Source: Ascidiella aspersa
Taxonomy: Eukaryota
Assembly: GCA_963924565.1 (NCBI GenBank)
Contig: OZ004609.1
Location: 27,280,001 to 27,344,000 of the forward strand
Direction: 5' to 3'
Length of the DNA: 64,000 nt
How positions within the stretch are numbered: the stretch's first letter is position 1; the number at the start of each line of letters is the position of its first letter. The translations under genes were made by a program, and so were the position numbers. Shown piece by piece: positions 39,301 to 50,901 of this stretch. The notes beneath the pieces are model-generated. The model was not told the DNA's origin, ran no database searches, and saw nothing but the letters and a program-made list of their open reading frames with translations.

Positions 39301-39606
39301 AATACTATAACTCCAAGACATTTTATTTCTTGAGTTGATTGATGTCATAAATATGTCATTGTAGTTTATATATACAATCTTTCTTCACAGATTATTGAAA
39401 TGCAATATTTTTGGTGATTTTTGTGCAGTACATAACGTAATTGCAATAACGATTAGATAATTAACATTAGTAAGGATATACGCTTACTTCACAATTCGGT
39501 GCAAGTTCGCAATCTGTCGCTGTTTGCGAATCATTTCAATGGCGTGATAAAGTTCCAGGACTACATTTGGTTTTGAAGACCGTCTTCTATTTTCTTCCAG
39601 TATCAT
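30391..39606 (-). CDS. ZMYND11: Zinc finger MYND domain-containing protein 11 (BS69): winged helix-PHD-bromo-ZnF-PWWP-coiled coil-degenerate MYND, 17 exons, ~632 aa
   Basis: Exons: 39488-39606, 38126-38285, 37665-37823, 36940-37029, 36513-36596, 36273-36401, 36019-36114, 35820-35938, 35330-35456, 34780-34866, 34580-34651, 34441-34513, 33103-33185, 32857-32925, 32351-32506, 31556-31672, 30391-30549; total 1899 nt. Diagnostic motifs: [98 protein letters not shown]. Confidence 0.95.
30638..31071. mobile_element. MITE with ~80-bp TIRs and an internal ~72-bp direct repeat
   Basis: caagcccttctgaagtcgtactgaccaac is mirrored by gttggtcagtacgactccagaagggcttg; direct repeats at 30731-30803 and 30913-30985. 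Confidence 0.8.
32023..32281. mobile_element. hAT MITE
   Basis: Ends CAGTGGTTCCAAAACT / AGTTTGGGAATTACTG; perfect TSD CTCTATAA. Confidence 0.88.
33293..33502. mobile_element. hAT MITE (decayed)
   Basis: Ends CAGTGGTTCTTAAACT / AGTTTGCACCACTG; repeated CGCGCCCC/CGACCCC motifs; TSD only partly retained. Confidence 0.7.
33683..33894. mobile_element. hAT MITE (decayed)
   Basis: Ends CAGTGGTTTTTGAACT / TTAAAGAACCCCTG; GGACCCC motifs as in the 49552 family. Confidence 0.68.
37458..37589 (+). mobile_element. Short retroposon insertion with 13-bp TSD and terminal 20-bp hairpin; second copy at 28474-28566
   Basis: TSD ATGTGTATACAAA at 37445-37457 and 37590-37602. The body (tgaaacacttta...gacaataaaatgtaaaagaaaga...gactgtttat) is shared with 28474-28566. 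Confidence 0.75.
38340..38833. mobile_element. hAT-like MITE (TAGGG-ended)
   Basis: TIR T(T)GGGTTCCTCT / AGAGGAACCCTA; TSD GTTTACAC/GTGTACAC (7 of 8); many TTCCCGGGAA-type subterminal repeats. Confidence 0.8.
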
Positions 39607-40398
39607 TGTGTCTTACACAGTTTGGCTTTCACAGCAATAAATCTAGCAAAATAACAGAAGCGTCCCACTTTACGTACGATGGTGAAGTAGAAATCAAAAC
39701 AAATCAACAACGTGTATTGATGCTCGTTACAGCGAATTTTAAGGTTGGTTATGTTTCTTTGAAATGGTAATATGATGATAATAATAATTATTGTATAATA
39801 TGTTTTGTAAATAATAAAAACCCAAAGTTTATAGAAACTATAGATTTTGATAAAACCTACATTAGTCAGCTAGTTAAAATTAGATTTGTATACACTAGTG
39901 TGAAACATTTTAATTTTCGAATCACACCTTTAAAAAAAGTTTTATAAGCCCATTTATCGTCACATGTAATGTTATTCAATGTTTAGGTTTTTATAAATGG
40001 TTCGCAGGGTTAATTTTTAAAAAGATTCCATTGGCATTTTCTACAATTTCATATTTTTAACAACAACGCAAATCAAATACTTCTGCGTCGAGACTAAGGT
40101 TATTACCCGAATAGCCAGCTGATCTTACAAAGACACTCGTATTCAGATATTTTTCCAGGAAACTGCTAATTGTTTATTTCAATAAGTGTGAGGTTACTGC
40201 ACAAGAGAATGCCTGAAGCCCTTGACAATGGAAAACCGGTATAATATATAGTTCCGTAGAATAACGATTAAAGAAAAGCGTGTCGCACTAATTTTATTTC
40301 TCCCACGACAAACTACTGGACCAACATCTCTGTGTGCTGTAAATACGATTTTTCCTGGCTAACTGCCAAGTTGGCCCTGATTTCTTTTAATTCTTTAC

Positions 40399-43300
40399 AT
40401 GGCGAATTTAAAGTTGGTTTCTGTGTGGATTGGGATTTTTATTGGTAAGTAACTTTGTAAATGTGGCTTAGACATCTATATACGTTGTAATTTTAATATT
40501 GTATACTTACGTTTATTTTAACATATTTAACCCATTATTTGTTTTTGTTGCAGTTTACACTGAATGTTCTCTATTTCTACCTTCAATTTCTCAGTATGGC
40601 GTTACTACCGGCCAAAGTGGTAATTTATTTACACTTACATGAACTCGAATGTGAAATAAATTGTACAAACGGAAAAATTGGACCCAAATCTAAAAACTTG
40701 GCTTCATTACAGCTGCACAATTTTTAGGCTTAAAAAAACTGAGTATCCAAGGGATTATTCCATGGTGCAGGCCAAACAATTCAACTGTGAAGTAGAAATC
40801 TATATCTCATTCTTTATCTTTACTATGTACCACTTTATTTAGATAGCTTTTTCCATTCAATGGGTTTGCCCTACATTAATTACCACCTCAAAAGTTTTTT
40901 AGACCACTAGTATTATCTGTACCACATGTAAAACCACTGCTTTGCAGATATAGATTAAAACCTAAAATCATATAATAAATTCTGCAAATCAAATTCCGTC
41001 AAGTGCAAAATAAAAAAGCTGCCGAATAACCCCGGATATCAAATGACGTTATTCAAATGCACTTTTATCAAACTTATTCATTAGACCTGTAAAAGAAATT
41101 CAAGTGTCCCCTTTTTTATTTACAATGGTAAACCTGCCTTTGGGTTTTTGTATATTGGGAAATTCAAATTACAGTTAAGATTGGACTTCAAGCTATTTTT
41201 ATTCCATTTGTTTTCAGGTTGCACTTCATCACAGCTACTGTACAAAACTGAAGGTGTCATTGCGTATCAATCTAACAATACAGTCGGCCATGTATGCTGG
41301 ATTATCAAACTGCCACAAATTCAATATGTAACAATAAGGTATGCATGTTGGAAATCACTCTATGAACAATATATAGTTTTAATAATTTAAAGGAAATATT
41401 GTTAACATCAACACTATTGTCTTGTGCCTTAATGACTATCTTTCATTTTTCAGGGCATCTTATCTTCATATAGAACATCAAAACGCTAGAGACTGCAGTA
41501 ATTATTTGCGTATTCAAGGAAACTCACAGTATAATGGCAATGGTAAGTTCTATTTTTTGTTTAGTTGATATTTATTTTATTTTTTATTTTATTCGTTTTT
41601 TGACAAAAAAAACTGTAATTAGTATTTTGTTTCAAAATTTATCAATAATAATATTCTGTAAACAAAGGTTTTTTAATATATATTTTTTGCATTTCTAGTT
41701 CATGTGCGTTACTGGTGCGGAAACAGTTTACCTGGTGTAGCTGTTTTCTGGTCTGAAAGGGTCCTAATAGAATTGGTTGTTAAAGATATACAGTACAGTG
41801 CACCAATGTTTACGCTGAACTACAAAGTTGGTATGTATGATATATTTTGTACGGGTGTTTGTTAAAGAGTAATAATTTGTATTTCCGTTGCCAAAATGCA
41901 TAGATACATTTAGATCAGGGGTGGGCAATTATTTTTTACACAGCAGGATGAGAAACTTAAAATGTTGTGGCGGGCCGGATTAAAAATAGGATCTCAAATA
42001 CACGCAATATGACGCTATAAAACAAATAAACTAACAAACTTTTTGATACCTGAATTGTGTGCGAATGTTCAGTTTAAGTCGAATTTAAAGAAAAAAAATG
42101 CATTGCATTTGTTTTAAAATGTAAACATTAATGTGGACTTACAGGGAGACGTGACCCGTTTATCAAGTTATTAGGCACGATCCTCAAAATTAGGGTTAAA
42201 ATTTGTAAAAAAAAATTGCACAAAACTTACAATGTATTTTTTGCTTTAGAGGGTTTAAGTTCAAATATGTAGCAACTCACCCTTGTTTTCGTTTAGCTTG
42301 TGTATACAAAAAAAATAAGCTGGGGGCCCGGAATAAAGTGTTTGGCGGGCCGGATCCGACCCACGGGCCATATGTTGCCCAGGTCTGATTTAGATGGTAT
42401 TCCTTTGTTTAAAATTATTTTTTAATATAGAGGGGGTAACAAAAAGTCCTTTCACCCTATTTTCCTAAGTGTAATGTGGCGCAAGCTTTTTGGATTCACT
42501 TTATTTGATTAACACTTGCAGATGACATTTGTGCAATGCATCAGGAGATCCAGTCCTACACTTTCATAACCAGTGTTGGGTATCCCAATTCTGTGCAGGC
42601 TGACTGTGCCTGGACTATTTCCTTGGATCCTGACGCTGGGACTTTGCCATTGGAATTTGAACTCACTGACTGCCAACTGCTTGGCACCAGTTGGATTTAC
42701 ATTTACGATGGTTTAAACAGTTCAAGTCAGCTTTTGTGGTAGGTTTGTGAGTTTATTTAAATGTTGTATTATAATTGTAAACAGATGATTAGCAATACTG
42801 TCAACCCTTCATAATGACTTCGTTTTCCGAAAAAAATGCCTAATGTTTAATAATATTTTTGCACGTAGGTGCTGCCTGTAGGAGTGTAGGTGTACAAAAC
42901 ATTTTTAAAGCAAGGCATTAAAAATTTTGTAACGTAAAATTAGGGTTGGCAAGCCTGTCAATTGACCGGTCAAATACGACCGCACTTTATTTAACTGGTC
43001 AAATACTCATATTGGATTCCAATGTTGTAAATTTTTCAAGGGTTGTTTTTGTGATATAAGTTTTTAATAATACTTTTTTAAAGAGTTAAAATATAAAATC
43101 GAAGTGTTTGTAATAGCAAAATAGATTTATTTTGTTTAGAATAAATCCAGGTAAATGATAAATCGCGTTTGCCATAAAAGAAAACACTAGTTGGGGTATA
43201 CCACAATCTGAGGCTACTTAGAAACTTAGAAGAGACAAAAGTTGTGACAAGTGTTAGCAAAGTCATTAACTTTCCTTGCTAATATTTAAACTACAATTGG

Positions 43301-46300
43301 TTCAAGCAACCACAAGACTGATATTTTTACAAATAAGTTGTTTAAATGATTTCAATTTGATATTGTGATTCTGTGAAAAAATAATTGTGTATCAGGGGTA
43401 CTTCATTGTTCAACCACAGACAAAGTGCCCAGGGATGTTTCTTTAGTATGAGCCAAGTAAACTGCTACTAGACTGTGACATTATTTTTGTGATGTACACA
43501 ATGTTTGTACATGTTTGACAAAAAAAAAACTTTAATTTTAAAAGTTGGTGTTTAATCTTGTAAATAAACATTTATTTCATACACAATGCCCATATATTTT
43601 TAACAGCCATTTGCAAAAAAAAATTATTGGTTTCTGTTTTGTCATGTAGTTTGAATGCTCGTTGTTCACTTGGTGGACCCCCATACAAATCTGTACTCAT
43701 ATAAACTACTTACTCTGTACAAGCTCTAAAATTCTTATTAAAACTTAATAAAAAAAAATATGCACAAACTAAATGTATTTTGTAAGTCAATGATTTTAAA
43801 GTATGTTTATATTCAGACCCCAATAACAAAAATTAAAGAAGCTTTTTATGTTCTTCTGGCCATGTTAATATATTTTTTTTTTATATATATGTTTGTAGCA
43901 CTTGACCAATGACTAGATGCTTAATTGCTTATGTACAAACTAATGATATTTAGGAGCAGCAACTGCATCGATGTATCCCAGCGCACACTTGGTGATAGCT
44001 TGGGCAGTGTTACCACTACAGGTCCCCATATGTTTGTTCAGTTTATAAGCGGTGGTGGTTGGCCATTCAAAGGATTTAATGCCACAGTCAAAGCTAAAGG
44101 TAAGTTTTTTTTTAATGTGTATCAATTCTAATTCAAGCATTTTAAATACAGTGTTTGCTTTTTGTAAAATGCTTTTGTCATTAAATGGTATTATTTTAGG
44201 TTATTGCCTGCCAGGGACATTTTCTTGTGGCGATCAGGAATCTTGTTACACTGCAGAGCAGAAATGCAATGGCAATCGTGACTGTCCTTCTGGTTTCGAC
44301 GAATTAAAATGTGGTATGTTGTAATTTGCCAATTAAATCTGGCAAAAAAATTAGGTTCCTCTACACGTTTTCTTCTTTCTAAGGTAAATAATTGAAAGGT
44401 TTAGAAAATAAACTTGCCTAATGCACTGGATTGGTCTCTCTTTTACATGGTATTTGTTTAAAGATCAATTTTCTTCAAAGATTAAAACGCATTTGACTTT
44501 TTTAATTCTTCAAAATATAATTAAACATTTGTAAATAGAAGGTTTACATCATTCTCATGTGTATTGATTCAAGACAATTTGCGGAAGAGTACAACCTGTT
44601 TTTGCGCCCGCTAGACACGCCACTTTGGTAAAATAATGTATTATGGCGACTTGAGCCATTACAAAACCAAAATCCTTTTCTGTCAGTTAGCGGTCGATAA
44701 AAATTTTGTAGCTTCACCAACTCCAATTTCCAGGTGACTGCGCAGAAGGACTGTTCAATTGCGGGGATGGAAACTGCTATTCTACCCAGCAGTACTGCGA
44801 CGGCAAGGCGCACTGCAGCAACCGAGCCGACGAAGCACATTGCAGTGAGTACCGCAGGATACTTGTCGAAAATGTGTCCCACTTTAGAGTTTTGTTTGTG
44901 CCCCTTGTACTAATAGTACTGAAGCAGTTGACCAACAAAAGCGTTTCTTAAATGGTGTTGGCGTCTTTTGTTTTAAATATTCTTATTTGATAAAGGATAA
45001 TTTAAAATGCGCTTGATGTATGTTTATTTCAACCCGAAATGAGTGCATAATTTTTTTTTTCGACGTGATATAAAAAAAACGGCTTGCCGCGTTTTGAAGT
45101 CTTAACAACATAAAAGTTGATTTAACGAAAACCAAATACATATAGGCTCAAGGCTGGCACTGGACCGCGCCTGTGGCAGTGTTATGTCCTTCTATTGATT
45201 TGACTGACAGTGACGTAGGCTTGCTTTACCCGACACATCGTCGTTGTTAATGCGTCGTGGTTCACAACATAAATGTCGATGACGCTTTTGCGTGACGCGG
45301 CTCGACGAATAACGCGTTGCGCCCTATCTTTACAACGAATAGCCAAGTCGAACAAATGTAGCTACAACTTGTGTAACTGTCTTTGACGATCTCTATAGAC
45401 ACCGAAATAGTGCACTGTTTGCCGTTGATATGCACTTATATTTTACAATGTGTGTCGCTGGCCGTTTGTGCTAACGCGTTGGAAAGCCAAAGCGGAGAAA
45501 TACATCATCTAGGCCAGTAGTCGTAAACACTTCAATCACTCACGCGCCATTGCTTTACGGTTTAAACGGAAGGCGCTTGTCAGTGAGACAACAAAGTGAA
45601 TAAGCGTTTCAGTCGCACCGCCGTCAGCATCCAAATGCGTTAATTCACGTGTAAATGTAACACGTACATGGCGCCCCGTTGTAAAAGCGACAAGCGAATA
45701 AAAAGACGCCCAGTAGCATCGTACCGCGAAGCAAGTACTTTGGGCACATACAATATGCATGTTTGTTGTTGTAAGGAGCCTGACGAAAACGGTTAAAAAA
45801 ACACAATAAACGCTATTGCAGGAAATAACATAAGCACTTATAAAACCCGTAACGTCAAAACGCAATAAAAGGCGGTTTCAGTTGTGCGTTGTTGTTGATA
45901 AACTATGCAATTATAAAGAGGGTTCTTCCGACAATTATTTATTCTGTACCGACGTTTCGATAACGTATCCAGGTAATCTTCATCAGGGCATATAAACTTG
46001 TAACCTTGCAGAGGTATATATACAGTGAAGAAAAAACGACGAAAAAACAAGGTGGCAAAACGAGGCGAAAAAAAGGAAAGTAGGCAATATTTACAAATGC
46101 TATCAACACTAATGTTTTTTAACTGATAGAGTGACACCTTACAAAAAATCACATAACCCGTTGTGGTTCCTTATCATCAGCGAAAACCATGTATTTCTGT
46201 TTCTCCAGTCTGTATTGTCAAAGAAAATTAGCCAGACAAAATCCGATTCAAATATGAACAACACGATAGTTCAAAACATGCTTGTTGCTTGCCTTGAGAA

Positions 46301-49300
46301 GACGTTTAAAATTGGCCATGTTTCTTGGCCCCCCGGAGAACACCCTATTGCTCCATGGGGAATAATGATATATTGATTTGCACCAGGGATCACAAAACTT
46401 TTCACAGAGGCGAGATATTGCGGTCCAGAAACAAAATTTTGTTCCGAATTCTATAGACTACGTACAGTTGTATACAGACGTGGGCAAACTGCGGCTTGCG
46501 AGCCGCATTCCGTTCTTTTATATGTTTTTGTGGCTGTTTTACTTTAAAAAAAGGATATCTAAAAAAATTATAGACAAGTGTATCGCATACTTAACTGTAT
46601 GTTTTCGTTTATTATTAGTAATAATTTCATTGTGGCAAAATAGTATTTTTTTTTATAGAACCCATTATAACACTAGTTTACACTGTGATGTAACAATGTA
46701 TAGTTTAACTGCCTTAAAGAACAAAACTATATAAAAAAATGACAGTGTTTATCATTTATTTCTATGTTTTGAAATATCAGTCGTGGTTTCCAAAGCCCAC
46801 TCTCACGTAATGGTACAAAAATAAACTTTCTTTTATTTTACCATTGCATGTAACCCTTAAAACACTTGAATTTAAAAATACCGCTCGCGTTGCTGAAAAG
46901 TTGCCCACCCCTGTACTAGATTACAAAAAGAACATAATAATTGATTACATCAGCCTTTTGTTTTGATTTGCATACTGTCAACTTTTCCGTTAATAATTTG
47001 TTATGGCATTAAGACGCGGGCCCTAAGTCTTACCCCCACGAGTCAATAGTGACCTGCGGCCGGGTCCCGTGTTCGTTGACCGCTACTTATTTTTATCTAT
47101 TACGTCCCATCAAACGAGTAGAAACATTTGCCGAACCGAGTCCACTTTGTAAACTTTCCCCGTCTTTTAAAGAACACTGCGCACCGGGCGCCTTTCAGTG
47201 CCGCACCAACAAGAACTGTATCTTCGAGCGGTGGACCTGCGACGGAACGCCCGACTGCTTGGACGAGTCGGACGAAGAAGGATGCGTTTGTAAGTTTACT
47301 TGGAAGTCGAATACACACTGAAATTGCCAATTCATAGCATACTTCGCAAACCCTTATTGAGCGTTGGGGCTTATTTTGACTGTTTGGTATAGAATATTTT
47401 AAATACCCTGAAGTTAAATAATGCGCCGAACTAACCTGCGTAAAATTCTGATTCGGGGTGCTCTGCAATTTTTCCGGTGTGATGCTCTGAACCTGGTTTG
47501 TAGTACTAGCATTGGCTTAGTAAATGTCCCATCCTGGTTCATTTAATTATCAAGGCAACATTACCTTGCCTAAAAAGGTAATGTTTCCAACCAAATTGTT
47601 TTCGACAAGAAACAACAAGTCTACGCCTTAGGCTAAAATGATATTATTGAGATTGAGCCATACTGTGGACAACACTTTTACGATATCTAGATTGTTCCGC
47701 AAATTCAGCTACGAAACTATTGATATTCCTGTAGTTGCGTTATAACCCCAAATAACCCTTTGTGTTGCTCACAGACTCGGCAAGTCGCCAAGTGGTGACC
47801 GCGGCCATCGTCGGATCGTTGGTATGCGGTCTACTGTTGGCTGTAGCTCTCGGCTGCTCCTGCAAGCTTTACACGTTACGAAGCGCCACGCGGAACCGGA
47901 GGACCAGACAAGTGGTGCCCACGCCACTGGGACGTATTGCCCGGGTGAGATAGAGATGTCGGTTTATTTCGGAGCACTACGTTCCCCCGATTATTTGCAA
48001 AATAATATAAGGGTTGCCTCAAAGTCTTTGAAGTTTTAAATATTGCCATGTAAACGAAACGTAGTTCTGGGCAAATTTGTGAAACAGGGGTTGCTATAGG
48101 TAAGATTTTTCCAACTCGTACACATTTTTATCGATTTTTCAGAAAATCCACGGTAACTTAACACTAAATTCAAAGGTATTTTAACACTAAAAGCGAAACG
48201 ACCAGGTAATAACTTAAAACCAAAGTTCAAAAACAAGACCTCTACAGGTTTGCCACAAAGCCTTTGGATGTCATTGAATTGGTTTATGTATTGAAAAGTC
48301 TTTGAAAACCTTTTATATTTTACCAAAAGTACTCGAATATTCTTTGTATTTTTATTTTATGTCCTGCCTAAGCTATTTGTTTTTGAAAATGCGTTTAGGT
48401 TTTTTTACGTCGAGCGATCCACTTGAAGGTCTTAAAAAATTACCAATTTTAATTGAAAAGACTTTGAATGTGTTTATTTTATAAAAGTGTGTGGCAACAC
48501 TGTACAACAGAAACCTTTACAATGAATAGCTTGTCGTCAGCTTTAACGGCCCGATCCGGTTTTTCTCTAAACCGCATCGAGACAAAGTCCATCTCATGCT
48601 ACTTTGTTGATATACATTCTGTTCGGACATCGATTTAATTCTCGGAATTTCTCACTTTATTTAACGCTGTGCGTGACTTTTTGATAGCTTCTCGTAGATT
48701 TTGATGTAAATTCTTCCCAGTGTCCAATATTGAGTTATTGCGTGTTGTTCCTGAAAACCGTTTGTTGTTATTGGTGCCACGACAAAAGGTTTTCTTCAGT
48801 CGCAAGACTGCCACCTGATTGTTGTTAAATCAATAAAAAAGCAACAAAACAGCAGCAGCTTAACGTCCACCCTCTCTTCCCGACAACAGCAACTTCTACA
48901 GCGTGAAGCACCGCCTTCCTACTCAATGACGGTGGACGGAGTGGACAGCGACAGTCCCGACTCCTCGCTGAGAAGGAGCTCGGGCTCACGCCAGCGGCGT
49001 CGCGGGAACAGGGAGCGACGGAGCCGGCGGCGCAACCGGAACCGCGACCCGCAGATCAGGCGCGCCCGGCCCGACGTCGTGCCATCACCCCCGCACGGTG
49101 GCGCCGTGGAGCCGTCTCGCGAGGTTTGTCGCGTTTTGTTGTTTTTGGTGGTTTTGTAAATGAGCTTTTGATAGAGAACCTTCGGTTATTAACGATTAAC
49201 CTTTGTTTTTATCTGGTTAAAGTCTTGTTTTTCCCACTAAAAATTCCTGAGAAAACTAGTAATTAAGGGTTACGGTTAACCTAAGGCCGATTTAAATCGC

Positions 49301-50901
49301 CTAATTCATTAAAATTTAATTCTAAAATATAAATCTGGCTGGTAATATTATGTCCGTTTTGCAACGGATATTAACACTTCAAAACAAATCTGTGCATACT
49401 TAATGCCCGAAACACCGCTCGACTTTATTGGTTAGGGCGCGGAACTACGGGTATGTTGTAGCACTCAGCAAACGTAAAGTACCTAGCGCATCAGGCAAAA
49501 TAGTTTAGGATATATTTTATTAATTACAAACAGTTTCTCGTGACCCTAAACCAGGGGTTCTTAAAATGGGGTCAATGGACCCCTTGGGGGTTCGTGAACT
49601 AGTTTTAGGGGTCCATGAAGGCCTAATTGAAATATTAGTGTATATTTGAAAAGTAATCAATTTTTCAAAGAAATAGTTTAAAATAAAACGTTTCTGCACT
49701 GAATGTATTTTTGTTGTGTTTCACTTTCACATGTTTTGGTCTGGAAATAGCAGATTTCTAACGTCTATTGATAATGTAACGTCGATTTATGGCGTAACAT
49801 ATAAAATTTCTTGCCTACCCTGGTCCGTGCAAACCAAAAATAGATTGTAGGGGTCCGTCGTAATAAAAGTTTAAGAACCACTGCCCTAACCGTTTGAAGT
49901 ATAACGTTTTATTTAATCGACATCTATAGGACGCTTCATTCACCAACGCTACACATCAATTACATAAAACTACCTTTTTTACTCAGCAGAGCGACAGTCG
50001 CACAGACAACGTGGTCCAGGCTCCTCCCACCGTCCCTCCTCCCATTCCAAGAAGCGCTCCCGACCCTCCCCCGCTCCCTCAGCACAACTCTCCCACGACA
50101 ACAACCTCTTCCGCAACCAATCCACCTCAAACAAGCGAAGGGTCATCGAGCGCCGAACCTCAAAGCGGCGGTAACGCAAATCCCCCCGAAACCGAGCAAG
50201 CTCCTCCTCTTCCAAAGAAAAGAAGAATCCGACCGGTTCTTGTCGAAGCTCCTTGCAATGACCAGATGGTGGAGGATATTCCCAACTGTGTCTACCCGAA
50301 TCCTCCAGCTTATTCGGATATCACGGATGCCCGGAGCATGGGGGACGGGGATCCTCCCGCGGAAAATTTCCAGGAGAACGCGATCCTTGAGGAGCGCAGC
50401 CACCAGCCGCGGAATCTTCTCCAGCGTCTCGTGTATCGCTTGAGTCCGAACAAGTCTCCCGGATTCTGGGGGAGTCTCTTCGGAAGATCGAACGCCTACC
50501 GTCCCTTCCACGAACTCGAGCAGCAAGCGGACTCTGTGAGCGCGGAGAGCGACAGCGTGCTCTCCATGTCCATGATGACGTCAGTGGCGGTGAATTCACC
50601 CCCGTCCACGTCACGCGTCTCCCCTCCGTTTCACAGCGAGCCATCCGGGAGCAAGATCCATCATCATCCTCCTCTTGTGGATCTTACAGTGAGCGATGAC
50701 GAAGAGGACTCCTTCGACCACCATCTCCCGCATCCGACCAACTTACGTCATCCTTTTGAGATGACCAACATCCAACGAAGGGAGGCGAACTCGCATCGGA
50801 ACAACGCGCACTCTTCCAGTACTTCGTCGCTCGCTTTTCGAATCGGAATGAGCTCGCAAACCGACGATTCCGCTTTTAATATGCAAACCTCGCAGTCCTG
50901 A
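40399..50901 (+). CDS. LRP12: LRP3/LRP10/LRP12-family receptor (SP-CUB-CUB-3xLDLa-TM-long cytoplasmic tail), 13 exons, ~825 aa
   Basis: Exons: 40399-40444, 40554-40619, 41218-41338, 41454-41542, 41699-41830, 42522-42738, 43954-44099, 44200-44313, 44734-44844, 47173-47289, 47775-47944, 48890-49123, 49987-50901. Family signatures: [67 protein letters not shown]. The symbol is approximate; probably a co-ortholog of LRP3/10/12. Confidence 0.9.
41916..42387. mobile_element. hAT MITE
   Basis: Ends CAGGGGTGGGCAA / TTGCCCAGGTCTG; perfect TSD ATTTAGAT; GGCGGGCCGGAT subterminal motifs shared with the element at 22177. Confidence 0.9.
45947..45990 (-). ncRNA. Minimal type I hammerhead ribozyme motif (Penelope-like element pseudo-LTR type)
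   Basis: Minus strand reads tgcc-CTGATGA-A-GATTAC-ctggatac-GTTATC-GAAA-CG-TC-ggta. Catalytic boxes are intact, stem I is tgcc/ggta, stem II pairs 5 of 6 bp, helix III is the palindrome ACGT. AATAAA lies just downstream. Confidence 0.72.
46475..46913. mobile_element. hAT MITE (decayed)
   Basis: Ends CAGACGTGGGCAAACT / AGTTGCCCACCCCTG; no recognisable TSD. Confidence 0.6.
48008..48502. mobile_element. MITE-like element with AAGTCTTTGAA repeats
   Basis: Ends AGGGTTGCC / GGCAACACTG; repeated aagtctttgaa/aagactttgaa motifs. Confidence 0.5.
49552..49883. mobile_element. hAT MITE
   Basis: Ends CAGGGGTTCTTAAA / TTTAAGAACCACTG; TSD CCCTAAAC/CCCTAACC. An inverted partial relative lies at ~61468-61625. 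Confidence 0.85.
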
